From an uncultured Pelagibacteraceae bacterium (lineage in GTDB: Bacteria > Pseudomonadota > Alphaproteobacteria > Pelagibacterales > AG-422-B15): a stretch of 64,000 nt of DNA. Every line of letters starts with the position of its first letter. The stretch's first letter is position 1. The notes beneath the pieces were generated by a model that was not told the DNA's origin, searched no databases, and worked only from the letters and a program-made list of their open reading frames with translations. The DNA is taken from contig CACDOH010000001.1 of NCBI GenBank assembly GCA_902554325.1, forward strand, positions 68,135 through 132,134, read 5' to 3'. Position numbers and translations under genes: made by a program. Positions 32,678 to 42,579 of this stretch are shown here, in pieces.

Positions 32678-33958
32678 TTATCGAGCAAACCTTTTTAAAC
32701 CTTCAGGTGTAAACATTTTTATGTCATGAGGCTCATTTAATTTCCATTCTACTTTAGGTATATCTTTAGATCTAACGCTTTGTAATTGATACCTTCTGGT
32801 GACAAAGTCGTAAGTGGCGGAATGTATAGATAAGCACATTGGTTGATCATAAAAGTTAATGATTGGGAACTCTCGATACGCCATTATAAGGTTCATATCA
32901 TCATATGTTTCCTCAGACAACATATTATGACTATCAGCATCAAAGTACATTATTCTTTTTGGAATTATGTGACGTTTATCATCTTTGAGTTTTGCTTCAA
33001 CTACATTTACTTTAACTAGTTCATATCTTAAGAAATCCTGATTTACATGATAAGGGGTTAATATTTCTTCAATATTTGTTTCATAAAACTTGTATGCATT
33101 GTATGGCATTAGTCTTAATTGATCGCCAAGATCTAACCAATGATATCTATCCTTAGCGCCATTAAAACCATCTACCTGATCCACAGTTGTTAATCCCTGA
33201 GAAGCACTGGGCATATAATCATAACTAATATCTGGAGCTCTCCGCACTCGTTTTGTGCCAGGATTATAAACCCATGATTTACGAGGTGTCTTAAAAGAAT
33301 TAAGTGATTCAATAACTAAAGTTGATGCATCTGCCAACCGGGGTGGACTTGTTACTTTTGTCATCAACATTCCTTGTAGACCTGCATCTTCATTTATTAT
33401 ATATGGATTCCAAAAATTTTTAGCAATGGCCTCACCAGCTCCATATATTTGGGTTCCATCTGGATTAACTATGTAAAATGGAGATGCACCATATATTTCA
33501 ACACCCCTATATCTCAAGATATGGTTCCAAACATGATGAAGGGCTTCAGATGGATTTGGGAAAGGTATACTTCCAACTACTCCTTCTATTCCTTCTCCGT
33601 CGTCAATTAATAATGCATTTTTTTTTGTAAGTTCCAAAACTTCAGATGGTACAGCACAACTTCTTCGTGAAGGATAAATATTCATTTTGAATGTCTCTGG
33701 GTAAGTTTCAAACATTTTAATTTGGCCAGGGGTCAAAAGAGTTTCTTTAAATGAAATATAGTTTTCAGCATCTATAGTAAGAATTATTTGGTCAGGTTGA
33801 AATGGATCAGGATAGGAGTTTAATTCAGAGTTAAATTCTGCCAAAGGGTTTGTAATTGGCAATCTTTCGCCAATAGTTTCTATAGAGAAAATTAAGTCTG
33901 CAAAAACATAAATAGGAGCAAATAAAAATATAGCAAAAATATTAATTTTTATAATCAT
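32678..33958 (-). CDS. DUF1329-family periplasmic/outer-membrane-associated protein
   Basis: 426 aa. Signal peptide. 'FPNPSEALHHVWNHILRYRG' resembles the DUF1329 signature, recalled from memory. Confidence 0.65.
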   Translation of the reverse strand: MIIKINIFAIFLFAPIYVFADLIFSIETIGERLPITNPLAEFNSELNSYPDPFQPDQIILTIDAENYISFKETLLTPGQIKMFETYPETFKMNIYPSRRSCAVPSEVLELTKKNALLIDDGEGIEGVVGSIPFPNPSEALHHVWNHILRYRGVEIYGASPFYIVNPDGTQIYGAGEAIAKNFWNPYIINEDAGLQGMLMTKVTSPPRLADASTLVIESLNSFKTPRKSWVYNPGTKRVRRAPDISYDYMPSASQGLTTVDQVDGFNGAKDRYHWLDLGDQLRLMPYNAYKFYETNIEEILTPYHVNQDFLRYELVKVNVVEAKLKDDKRHIIPKRIMYFDADSHNMLSEETYDDMNLIMAYREFPIINFYDQPMCLSIHSATYDFVTRRYQLQSVRSKDIPKVEWKLNEPHDIKMFTPEGLKRFAR

Positions 33959-34011
33959 AATAATTATGTTAAAATTTTATAAATACAAATCAATAAAAAT
34001 ATAAAGTTTAT

Positions 34012-34815
34012 ATGAAGGAGAGTATTCATAATTTTGTCAAAGTTGCAAACTATATGGCTGATGATGCTAGAAAAATTTCGTTAAATTATTTTAAGAAGAA
34101 ATTAAAAATTAAATCAAAAGATAAAAAGAGTTTTGATCCAGTTACAATTGCAGACATCAGAGTTCAAAGAAAAATCAATAAAACTATTAAAAAGTATTTT
34201 CCTAAACATTCAATTTTAGGAGAAGAAGAAAGTGTGAAGAATATAAGTGATTTTCAATGGTGCATTGATCCTATAGATGGAACTAAATCTTTTGTTCAGG
34301 GATTTCCTATCTGGGGAACCCTAATTTCATTATCACAAAAAAACAAAATTATATTAGGAATTGCAGATATACCTGCACTCGATGAGCGTTACATTGGGTA
34401 CTCAAAATTTTCGTATAAAATTAAAAATAGTAAAAAGACAAAGCTTAAAGTAAGAAACACAGATAAAATCAAAGATAGTATTTTGAATACAACCTCACCA
34501 TATGTATTTGCAAATAAAAAAGATCAAACAATTTTTGAAAATTTAGCTAAGGAGACAAAAACTGTCAGACTTGGGGGAGATTGCTATAGTTATTGCCTTT
34601 TGGCGGATGGCTATATTGATTTAGTAATAGAAAGTGGACTCATGCCGTGGGACATTAGAGCTTTGGAACCAATAATTGAAAATGCAGGCGGAATACTAAA
34701 AACTTGGGAGGGAAATAAAATATTCCGAGGGGGAAGAATTATTGCAGCAACAAATTATAAATTATATAAGAAAGTTAAATCCAAAATGAATAAAAAAAAC
34801 CCAGTTAAAAAATAA
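34012..34815 (+). CDS. Inositol monophosphatase family protein (possible histidinol-phosphatase HisN)
   Basis: 267 aa. 'WCIDPIDGTKSF' and 'GGDCYSYCLLADG' motifs. Second IMPase paralogue in the window. Confidence 0.7.
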   Translation: MKESIHNFVKVANYMADDARKISLNYFKKKLKIKSKDKKSFDPVTIADIRVQRKINKTIKKYFPKHSILGEEESVKNISDFQWCIDPIDGTKSFVQGFPIWGTLISLSQKNKIILGIADIPALDERYIGYSKFSYKIKNSKKTKLKVRNTDKIKDSILNTTSPYVFANKKDQTIFENLAKETKTVRLGGDCYSYCLLADGYIDLVIESGLMPWDIRALEPIIENAGGILKTWEGNKIFRGGRIIAATNYKLYKKVKSKMNKKNPVKK

Positions 34816-34824
34816 CTGGGTTTT
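34792..34824. terminator. Bidirectional hairpin terminator between convergent genes
   Basis: A7-AACCCAGTT-(7-nt loop)-AACTGGGTT-TT. The perfect 9-bp stem overlaps the last codons of the + strand gene. The SCP2 gene ends 26 nt away on the - strand. Confidence 0.55.
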
Positions 34825-34849
34825 GAACTAAATTATTTTATGTAATATA

Positions 34850-35164
34850 TTATCCTAAAGCATCCATTACTGATTGTAATTTCATTGCAATAGACATATC
34901 TCCAGAAACTTTTAATTTCCCTTGCATAAAAGCAGACGTTCCATCAACTTCTCCTGATCTCATCTGTTCAAAGGTTTCCATAGACATTGATAGGGTACAG
35001 TCTGCATCCTGATCTTGATCTGAGACAGTATTGGGATTTGATTTTCCATCTAAAAAAATGCATCCAGCACCCTCAAAATCAAATTTTACTGTCGCCCCAA
35101 GGCCGGTATCTTTGCCTTCAATACCTTTTTGGAACTCAGCTAATAAACTTGCTACGTCAGCCAT
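34850..35164 (-). CDS. SCP2 sterol-carrier-like domain protein
   Basis: 104 aa. '...AFMQGKLKVSGDMSIAMKL' C-terminal SCP2 signature. Confidence 0.75.
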   Translation of the reverse strand: MADVASLLAEFQKGIEGKDTGLGATVKFDFEGAGCIFLDGKSNPNTVSDQDQDADCTLSMSMETFEQMRSGEVDGTSAFMQGKLKVSGDMSIAMKLQSVMDALG

Positions 35165-35247
35165 ATAAATTCTCCATTAATTAATTTTAGTATGACAATA
35201 AATCAATTTAGATTATATATGTCAATACGAATTTTTGACAACTAGAT

Positions 35248-35868
35248 ATGAAAAAACCAATTTTTTGGGAACAGGCAAAAAGTGACCTCTCATATAAAGA
35301 TAAAGCTCTTGGAAAAATAATACGAAATTATCCAAAAGACTTTCTTTTTTCTAAATCTGATCCGTTTTATACACTAGCAAGGTCTATTGTGGGACAACAA
35401 ATTTCAGTCACAGCAGCTCAAGCTGTTTGGGATAGATTAGAAAAAAAAGTAAAATCTATTAAACCAAAGAATATATATAAGACACATTATATGACTCTTA
35501 AGTCTATCGGACTATCACGTCAAAAAATAAAATATCTTAAATCCCTTTCAAATGCGATCATAAATAAAGATATAAAACCTGAAAAATGGAAAAATATGGA
35601 AGACAACTTAATCATTGAAGAATTAGTTAAAATTAAGGGCATTGGAAAATGGACTGCAGAGATGTATCTAATATTTAATTTATGTAGACCTGATATTTTT
35701 CCCGCTGATGATCTAGGTTTAATCAAAGGTATTTGTAAATGCTACAATCTTAATTATCCAATAACAAAGGATCATGCCATAAAATTATCTTTAAAATGGA
35801 AACCATGGAGATCTGTTGCAACCTGGTATTTTTGGAGAAGCCTTGATCCTATACCAGTAGAGTATTGA
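35248..35868 (+). CDS. DNA-3-methyladenine glycosylase II (HhH-GPD, AlkA-like)
   Basis: 206 aa. 'SIVGQQIS', 'IKGIGKWTAEMYLIF' HhH and 'PADDLGL' catalytic Asp. Confidence 0.8.
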   Translation: MKKPIFWEQAKSDLSYKDKALGKIIRNYPKDFLFSKSDPFYTLARSIVGQQISVTAAQAVWDRLEKKVKSIKPKNIYKTHYMTLKSIGLSRQKIKYLKSLSNAIINKDIKPEKWKNMEDNLIIEELVKIKGIGKWTAEMYLIFNLCRPDIFPADDLGLIKGICKCYNLNYPITKDHAIKLSLKWKPWRSVATWYFWRSLDPIPVEY

Positions 35869-35869
35869 A

Positions 35870-36706
35870 ATGGAAAAAATCAAATTTACTTACGCTTCAA
35901 AATCTGAGCACAATATTGCTCAAAGACTAATTATTCAAACTATCGAAAAAATCACAGGTAAAAAGAAATTAGAGAACCTCTATCAGGAATATAAAGATAG
36001 TCATAATAATCCAGTAAATTTTTGGCAAGATATAATAAGTCTTATGAAAATTAAGATAATTAATAAGTCAAAAAATCCATTAGATATTCCCAAAGAAGGA
36101 AGTCTGATTGTAATTGCTAATCATCCATTTGGGATAGTTGATGGTCTAATATTGTGTTCATTGGTATCTAAGTTTAGAAGTGATTTTAAAATTATGACAC
36201 ATGAAACATTACAATTTTTACCTCAATTAAAAAAATTTATTCTTCCTGTTGACTTCAGTCCAAAAAATAAAAATTCAAAACGGTTAAACTTAGAAACTGC
36301 TCAATTAGCAAAAAACCATCTTAAAGATAATGGTGCTTTGATAATCTTTCCGGCTGGAGGAGTATCAACTGCACAAACTTTACGTTCAGATGCAACTGAC
36401 GAGGAATGGAAATTGTTCCCTGCAAAACTAATACATTCAACGAAAGCTAGTGTGCTACCTATCTTCTTTGATGGCAAAAATGGTATACTTTTTCATCTTT
36501 TTGCCTCTAAATTTAAAAATCAAACTCTTAAATACTCAACATATATTCACGAAACAAAAAAGAAAATTGGAAAAGAAATTACAATCTACACAGGGAAAAC
36601 TCTCAGGTATAATGAATTGAGTCATATGAAAGACAGAAAATATCTAACAAATTATCTAAAAGAAACGACATACAAGCTTAAGAACACCGATTTATATGAA
36701 AAATAA
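35870..36706 (+). CDS. Lysophospholipid (PlsC-like) acyltransferase family protein
   Basis: 278 aa. HX4D motif 'ANHPFGIVDG' and 'IFPAGGVS' block. Confidence 0.7.
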   Translation: MEKIKFTYASKSEHNIAQRLIIQTIEKITGKKKLENLYQEYKDSHNNPVNFWQDIISLMKIKIINKSKNPLDIPKEGSLIVIANHPFGIVDGLILCSLVSKFRSDFKIMTHETLQFLPQLKKFILPVDFSPKNKNSKRLNLETAQLAKNHLKDNGALIIFPAGGVSTAQTLRSDATDEEWKLFPAKLIHSTKASVLPIFFDGKNGILFHLFASKFKNQTLKYSTYIHETKKKIGKEITIYTGKTLRYNELSHMKDRKYLTNYLKETTYKLKNTDLYEK

Positions 36707-37610
36707 TTTTGTAATTTATACTTTTTATAGATTTTTAAAAATAAGGAATAAAAAGTATTTCAAAAAAACATTTGACTTATATTTAAAAAAAATTCCTCTA
36801 AAAGGTACAATACTGATTGCAGATGAGGGCATTAATGCTTCAATTTCTGGAAAAGAAGAAGAGGTATTTAAATTTATTAAACATATAAAAAAAGAATTGA
36901 AAATAAGGAAAATTCAGCCAAAAATTAATTTTGCCAATTTTATACCTTTTAACAAAATGAAGGTAAGAATTAAAAAAGAAATTGTTTCACTAGGAATGGG
37001 TGATTTTGATATAAAAAAATATACAGGAAAAAATATCCATCCTTCAGATTGGAATAAAATTATATCAAAAAAGACGGTCAAATTAATTGACACTAGAAAT
37101 ATTTATGAAATTAATATCGGAAAATTTATCAATTCAATAAACCCTAATACAAATAATTTTAGAGAATTTCCAAAAAAACTCTCGAAAATGAATATAAGTA
37201 AAGATGACGAGGTTGCTATGTACTGCACAGGTGGAATAAGATGTGAGAAAGCTTCAGCATATTTGAAATTAAATGGTTTTACAAATGTCATGCAACTTGA
37301 AGGTGGTATTATAAATTATTTAGACTTTATGAACAAAAAAAAGAATAAATCAAAGTCTAAATGGAAGGGCGAATGTTTTGTATTTGATAATAGAGTGACT
37401 ATCAATAACAATCTTAGTAAAGGAAAATTTATTCAATGCTTTGGCTGTAGAAATCCTATAACAATGAAAGATACTAAATTAGAAAGTTATATAAAAGGTG
37501 TTTCTTGCAAATATTGCTACAATAAAAGGAGTAAACTTCAAAAACAAAGATCAATCTCTAGACAAGTGCAAATTGAACTAGCAAAGGATAACGGTCAAAG
37601 TCACATATAA
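36696..37610 (+). CDS. trhO: Rhodanese-domain protein, UPF0176/TrhO (tRNA U34 hydroxylase) family
   Basis: 304 aa. 'EGINASISG' N-terminal domain, rhodanese active-site loop 'MYCTGGIRCEKA' and a C-terminal Cys cluster. Confidence 0.8.
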   Translation: MKNNFVIYTFYRFLKIRNKKYFKKTFDLYLKKIPLKGTILIADEGINASISGKEEEVFKFIKHIKKELKIRKIQPKINFANFIPFNKMKVRIKKEIVSLGMGDFDIKKYTGKNIHPSDWNKIISKKTVKLIDTRNIYEINIGKFINSINPNTNNFREFPKKLSKMNISKDDEVAMYCTGGIRCEKASAYLKLNGFTNVMQLEGGIINYLDFMNKKKNKSKSKWKGECFVFDNRVTINNNLSKGKFIQCFGCRNPITMKDTKLESYIKGVSCKYCYNKRSKLQKQRSISRQVQIELAKDNGQSHI

Positions 37611-37633
37611 CAATTACTGCAAATATCTTTTTA

Positions 37634-38911
37634 TTATGAATTAGATTGGTTTATTGGGTAGACTTTCTGTAAATAAAAACCAACTGGCAAATAATAAATA
37701 ATATTGATCCAATTATTGAATAAGTTTTGGGATGGAAAAAATGGCCACAAAGTTAAAAGGAAGCATGCAATCAGAGCTATCTCATAGTCAGTGAGTGTAT
37801 TTTTAGATAAAATAATTTTATTATAAAGATGCACTAATATTTTTTGAGATAGGTAAATCAATAAAAATAAGATGAAACCTAATCCGACTATTCCTATTTC
37901 TGATAAGGCTTGAATATAGTTATTATGAGGGTGCGTACTACAACTGTTATCATTGAATTTATATTTATGATTACTACACAATACTCTGTAAAGTTTTGGC
38001 CCATGACCAAATAGAGGCTTATCTTTAAACATATTTATCGCAGTCATAATTAATGGATGGTGCCCCGGACTAAAGATTACATTTGTATTATCAACTTCAT
38101 CATTTGAGGGATTAGTAATTTTGCTTGTCATTTGATTAATAGTACCTTCAATATTTCTCTCTCTAATATCTGGAGATAAAATAGTAATGATACTTATAAT
38201 TATTATAGAAACAATTAATGCAAATAATCTTAATAACTTGTATTCATTAATTACGAGAATTAAAAATATTGAAGCAAGAGTTAAGAGACCAAATGAGGTT
38301 CTTTCACCTGAAAGATAGACAAGGGTGTCTATAAATATAAAAGTGAAAAATAAATAAATGAGTTTTAATCTCGTGTTATTGAATGAATAAATCACAACTG
38401 CAAATAATAGTGGGAAGACTCGTGCTAAAAAGCTTCCTAAGGTTAAATTGTCGTTAAATGTTAATGACATTCTTGTACCGGGACTTTCAAAGCCAAATAT
38501 ATTGTTGCTATTATTAAAATATTGATAATAACCATCTGTAATTGCAATCAATAAAGTGATTATTAGAAATAAAGAAAATTCTCTAATAAAATTCTTTTTA
38601 TTTACTATCAGAAACCAAGTAGCTAATGCAAAAAGTCCAAACCTAAAGTAGAACAGTGAGCTTTCAAGTGATAAATAGGGATTTTCAGAAAAAAAAGATC
38701 TTAAAATAAGGTAAATATAAAAGAGTAAAAAGAATTTTGAAAAATTATTATTATAATATAACCAGTCTTTTTCCTTTATGGAATAAAATAAAAAAATTAA
38801 AATTATTAAAAGTAATATGATCTCTGGAATAAGGGGGCCAGTTAATAAACTAATCGGTAGTAAATAATATATAGTTGATGAAAAATTTATTAATAATTTT
38901 TTATCAATCAT
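37634..38911 (-). CDS. O-antigen ligase family (Wzy_C domain) membrane protein: WaaL- or PglL-type
   Basis: 425 aa with ~10-12 TM helices. Periplasmic loop carries 'HPHNNYIQALSEIGIVG', typical of WaaL/PglL/PilO. Confidence 0.75.
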   Translation of the reverse strand: MIDKKLLINFSSTIYYLLPISLLTGPLIPEIILLLIILIFLFYSIKEKDWLYYNNNFSKFFLLFYIYLILRSFFSENPYLSLESSLFYFRFGLFALATWFLIVNKKNFIREFSLFLIITLLIAITDGYYQYFNNSNNIFGFESPGTRMSLTFNDNLTLGSFLARVFPLLFAVVIYSFNNTRLKLIYLFFTFIFIDTLVYLSGERTSFGLLTLASIFLILVINEYKLLRLFALIVSIIIISIITILSPDIRERNIEGTINQMTSKITNPSNDEVDNTNVIFSPGHHPLIMTAINMFKDKPLFGHGPKLYRVLCSNHKYKFNDNSCSTHPHNNYIQALSEIGIVGLGFILFLLIYLSQKILVHLYNKIILSKNTLTDYEIALIACFLLTLWPFFPSQNLFNNWINIIYYLPVGFYLQKVYPINQSNS

Positions 38912-38914
38912 TTA

Positions 38915-39433
38915 TTAAATAGATTTTTTTTCGAGAAGTTTTATTTTTTTTTTCCAATTTTTATATTTTCCCCAGTCATCTTGACTAATGATATAGCCTA
39001 TACATTTTTTTGATCCACACTCACAAATGTGATCAGTGAAATCTTCTTTGTCAAATTCATATCCATAGTCGTATGTAAATTCTTCACCTATTTTTATTTT
39101 CTTTATAGAAGAAATCCATATCTTCCCTTTTATAATATCTACCTCACAATTAGGATTGCATGAATGATTTATAAAGCGAGCTTTATTGTATGAATATGAA
39201 CCATCGATATCGTATCTTGAATTAAGCTCAAAAATATATACTGATCCTGTTTCTTTAGAATTTAAGTATTTTTTTATTCTTCTTTCTGACCTTTTATCTC
39301 CTTCTTTTTTTGTAACTTTTTGACCAATATACTCAATAATTCTTGTACCTTTTGCAATATTTTGTGTTGCAAATACACCCGTGCCGTGAATTTTTGAGGT
39401 CTTTACCATCCATATCTTTTTATTATTCTGCAT
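38915..39433 (-). CDS. SET-domain protein-lysine methyltransferase
   Basis: 172 aa. 'GTGVFA', 'RFINHSCNPNC', 'EEFTYDYGYEF' and post-SET 'CECGSKKCIG'. Confidence 0.85.
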   Translation of the reverse strand: MQNNKKIWMVKTSKIHGTGVFATQNIAKGTRIIEYIGQKVTKKEGDKRSERRIKKYLNSKETGSVYIFELNSRYDIDGSYSYNKARFINHSCNPNCEVDIIKGKIWISSIKKIKIGEEFTYDYGYEFDKEDFTDHICECGSKKCIGYIISQDDWGKYKNWKKKIKLLEKKSI

Positions 39434-39581
39434 ATTAAACTATTTAGAGAGAATTTTATTGTAAGAATTTTATTTAATTTATATATTTTTAAGTATATTT
39501 CTAGTCATAATATAAAAGATTTATTGATAAAAATAATTATTTAAAAAAAAAATTTAAGAAATAAAAAATAAGAGCTGTATA

Positions 39582-40745
39582 ATGAAAATTGCTTGTATAG
39601 GAGCTGGATATGTTGGTTTTTCGCTATCAGTTCTGCTATCTAAATATCATTCATTAAAAATTTATGATGTCGACAGTAAGAAAACTAAATTAATTAATAA
39701 TAATCTTTCACCCATTCAAGATAAAGAAATAAGTAAATATATAAAAAATAATAAAACAAATTATATAGCATGCGACTCACTGAATGAAGCAATATTTAAT
39801 GCAGAGTACATTATAATTGCAACACCAACTGACTATAATGAAAAAACAAATGCATTTGATACGTCCTCAGTAATACAATCATTAAAAACAATTATACGTT
39901 CAAAAAGTAAAGCAAATATTATAATAAAATCAACAGTGCCTGTAGGTTTTACAGAAAGAATGAAACAAAAACTTAAATATAAAAAGATATTTTTTTCTCC
40001 TGAATTCTTAAGAGAAGGTATTTCTTTGTCAGATAATATGAATCCCTCTAGGATAGTTATAGGGTCGACAATGCAGGAAGGCAAAAAATTTGGGAAATTG
40101 CTCCAACAAATATGTAAAAATAAAGCTCAAGTACTTTATATGAGTTCTAGTGAAGCAGAGGCAGTAAAATTATTTTCAAATAGCTTTTTGGCAATGAGAA
40201 TTGCTTTTTTTAATGAACTTGATAGCTTTTCCATTGCAAACAATATTGAAACAAAAAAAATCATAAAGGGTGTTTCTCTTGATCATAGAATTGGTGACTA
40301 CTACAATAATCCATCATTTGGGTATGGAGGGTATTGTTTGCCCAAAGATACAAAACAATTACTCTCTAATTATGAGAAAGTTCCAAATAATATTATTAGA
40401 GCAATAGTTGATGCTAACAGAACAAGAAAAGACTTTGTATCAGATCATATTTTGTCTTTAAAGCCAAAAAATATTGGAATCTATAGATTAACAATGAAAA
40501 ATAAATCTTCAAATATAAAATCAAGCGCAATACAAGGGATTATGAAAAGAATTAAATCAAAAGGAATAAAGATAACTATTTATGAACCTTTGATTAATGC
40601 AAAAAAATTCTTCAATTCAAAAATAGAAAAAGACTTAAAAAAATTTAAACAAGAATGTGACCTTATTATTGCAAATAGAAATCATAGAGATTTAAATTCT
40701 GTTAAAGAAAAAGTATATACGAGAGACTTATTTAGAATTAATTAA
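39582..40745 (+). CDS. ugd: UDP-glucose 6-dehydrogenase
   Basis: 387 aa. 'MKIACIGAGYVG', 'FSPEFLREG' and 'GYGGYCLPKD' catalytic Cys. Confidence 0.85.
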   Translation: MKIACIGAGYVGFSLSVLLSKYHSLKIYDVDSKKTKLINNNLSPIQDKEISKYIKNNKTNYIACDSLNEAIFNAEYIIIATPTDYNEKTNAFDTSSVIQSLKTIIRSKSKANIIIKSTVPVGFTERMKQKLKYKKIFFSPEFLREGISLSDNMNPSRIVIGSTMQEGKKFGKLLQQICKNKAQVLYMSSSEAEAVKLFSNSFLAMRIAFFNELDSFSIANNIETKKIIKGVSLDHRIGDYYNNPSFGYGGYCLPKDTKQLLSNYEKVPNNIIRAIVDANRTRKDFVSDHILSLKPKNIGIYRLTMKNKSSNIKSSAIQGIMKRIKSKGIKITIYEPLINAKKFFNSKIEKDLKKFKQECDLIIANRNHRDLNSVKEKVYTRDLFRIN

Positions 40746-42579
40746 ATCTATTCAATAATCTTTTGATTGTTATCTCGTCCTCAATTTCCATAGATTTTAA
40801 AAGATTTTGATACAATAAGTCTAAATCAACTTTATCAATGAGTTCTAGCTTATCTTTAAAAATGCTTCCGTGCTCAGTATTAGAAAGATTATTATTAACA
40901 GATAATTCTTCGGTTATTTTTTCATAACTAGAAATACCAGTTATTTTTATTTCAATATCACCTTCAGGATTTTCATTATTTTTTTCACTTAAGCCTGAAA
41001 GACGAATAAGTCTTCGAGCTAGATCGATAATTTTAATTGGGCTTCCCATGTCTAATACGAAAATAGAACAATCATTTGACAACTCTGTAGATTGAAGAAT
41101 TAAATTTACTGCCTCAGTAATTGACATAAAATATCTTTCTACATCTTTACTGGTTACAGTAACAGGGCCTCCCATACTAATTTGCTGATTAAAAAGTGGA
41201 ATTACAGACCCAGAAGAGTTAAATACATTTCCGAATCTAACAATAGAAAATTTTGGACAAGTTAATTTCTTTTCTGAAAGGTCATTATAAACAGATTGTA
41301 TATATAATTCAGCAAGTCTTTTGCTGCAGCCCATTATTGTCTTAGGATTTACCGCTTTATCAGTAGATACAAAACAAAACCTTTCAATATTTCTCTCAGT
41401 AGCTATATCAACTAAATTTTTTGTCCCATAGAAATTATTTTCAACAGCCTCAAAAATATTTTCTTCAAGAATTGAAACATGCTTATATGCAGCTGCATGA
41501 AAAACATAATCTGGTTTATGTATTTTGAAAATACGTTCTAATTTTTTCTTATCCTTAATATTAACAAGCAGTGAACTAATAATTGTATCTTTATTATGTG
41601 CATCGTTTAAGTTGCTAATCTCTTTATTAATTGAATATAAGTTATATTCAGAATTATCCAACATTATCAATTTATTACAATCACTTGCGTAAATTTGCCT
41701 AACTAACTCAGATCCAATAGTACCACCAGCACCTGTGACAAGAATTTTTTTATTTTTAAAAAGATATTTAATATTAGTACCCCTCATTTTTTTTCTATTT
41801 ACTAGGTCTTCTAATGACAGAGGTTCTGAATAACTGCTTCTTAAATAGGCTTCTGTAATATTTTCTAGATTCGGAATTAACCTTATTCTCAAGTTATACT
41901 TTTCAAGTGATCTAATTATATTTCGTTTCGTATTTAAATCGTATTTATCTGAAATAATTACCTCATTAGGTGAATATTTTTTTATTAATGTATCTAGGTG
42001 CTTTGTATGTTTAATTGGCACGGTACTAATACTACTTTTATGATATTTTGAATCATCATCAATAAAAAATACAATTCGATTTAACTTCGTATTATTTAGT
42101 AAATTAAATAAATTTACTGAATTTTCAGTCACTCCATATAAAAAAATTGAGCTAGCTAAATGATTAGAATTTTCTCTAGATATATATGAAATGAAAGCCA
42201 ATCTAGAAATAATAACCATCATAAAAAATGATAGCGACTGAAATAATATAATTTGCCACTTAAGTAGATTGAATTCAATAATTTTAAGAAATATTAAGTT
42301 TAAAACTAAATATATAAAAAATGCATAGAGTATATTAACGATATTGTTAAAACTAAAATATCTAAATACTTGCTTATACAAACTAAAAATTGTGAATGAG
42401 ATAATAAAATTAATTATAAAAAATGAAAACACTACAATAATGTAAGGATTAAAGAATATAGATATTTCAAAGTACATGAGTACAGCAAAAGAAGTTGCAA
42501 TAATTGAAAGGACTACATCAAATGTTATCGCTAATAACTTTTTTTGTAATCTTGACAATGAATTAATAACGTTTTTCAT
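40738..42579 (-). CDS. Membrane-anchored polysaccharide biosynthesis protein CapD/WbpM/PglF type (UDP-HexNAc 4,6-dehydratase)
   Basis: 613 aa. Four N-terminal TM helices, 'ILVTGAGGTIGSEL' and 'FHAAAYKHV' SDR motifs. Confidence 0.88.
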   Translation of the reverse strand: MKNVINSLSRLQKKLLAITFDVVLSIIATSFAVLMYFEISIFFNPYIIVVFSFFIINFIISFTIFSLYKQVFRYFSFNNIVNILYAFFIYLVLNLIFLKIIEFNLLKWQIILFQSLSFFMMVIISRLAFISYISRENSNHLASSIFLYGVTENSVNLFNLLNNTKLNRIVFFIDDDSKYHKSSISTVPIKHTKHLDTLIKKYSPNEVIISDKYDLNTKRNIIRSLEKYNLRIRLIPNLENITEAYLRSSYSEPLSLEDLVNRKKMRGTNIKYLFKNKKILVTGAGGTIGSELVRQIYASDCNKLIMLDNSEYNLYSINKEISNLNDAHNKDTIISSLLVNIKDKKKLERIFKIHKPDYVFHAAAYKHVSILEENIFEAVENNFYGTKNLVDIATERNIERFCFVSTDKAVNPKTIMGCSKRLAELYIQSVYNDLSEKKLTCPKFSIVRFGNVFNSSGSVIPLFNQQISMGGPVTVTSKDVERYFMSITEAVNLILQSTELSNDCSIFVLDMGSPIKIIDLARRLIRLSGLSEKNNENPEGDIEIKITGISSYEKITEELSVNNNLSNTEHGSIFKDKLELIDKVDLDLLYQNLLKSMEIEDEITIKRLLNRFN

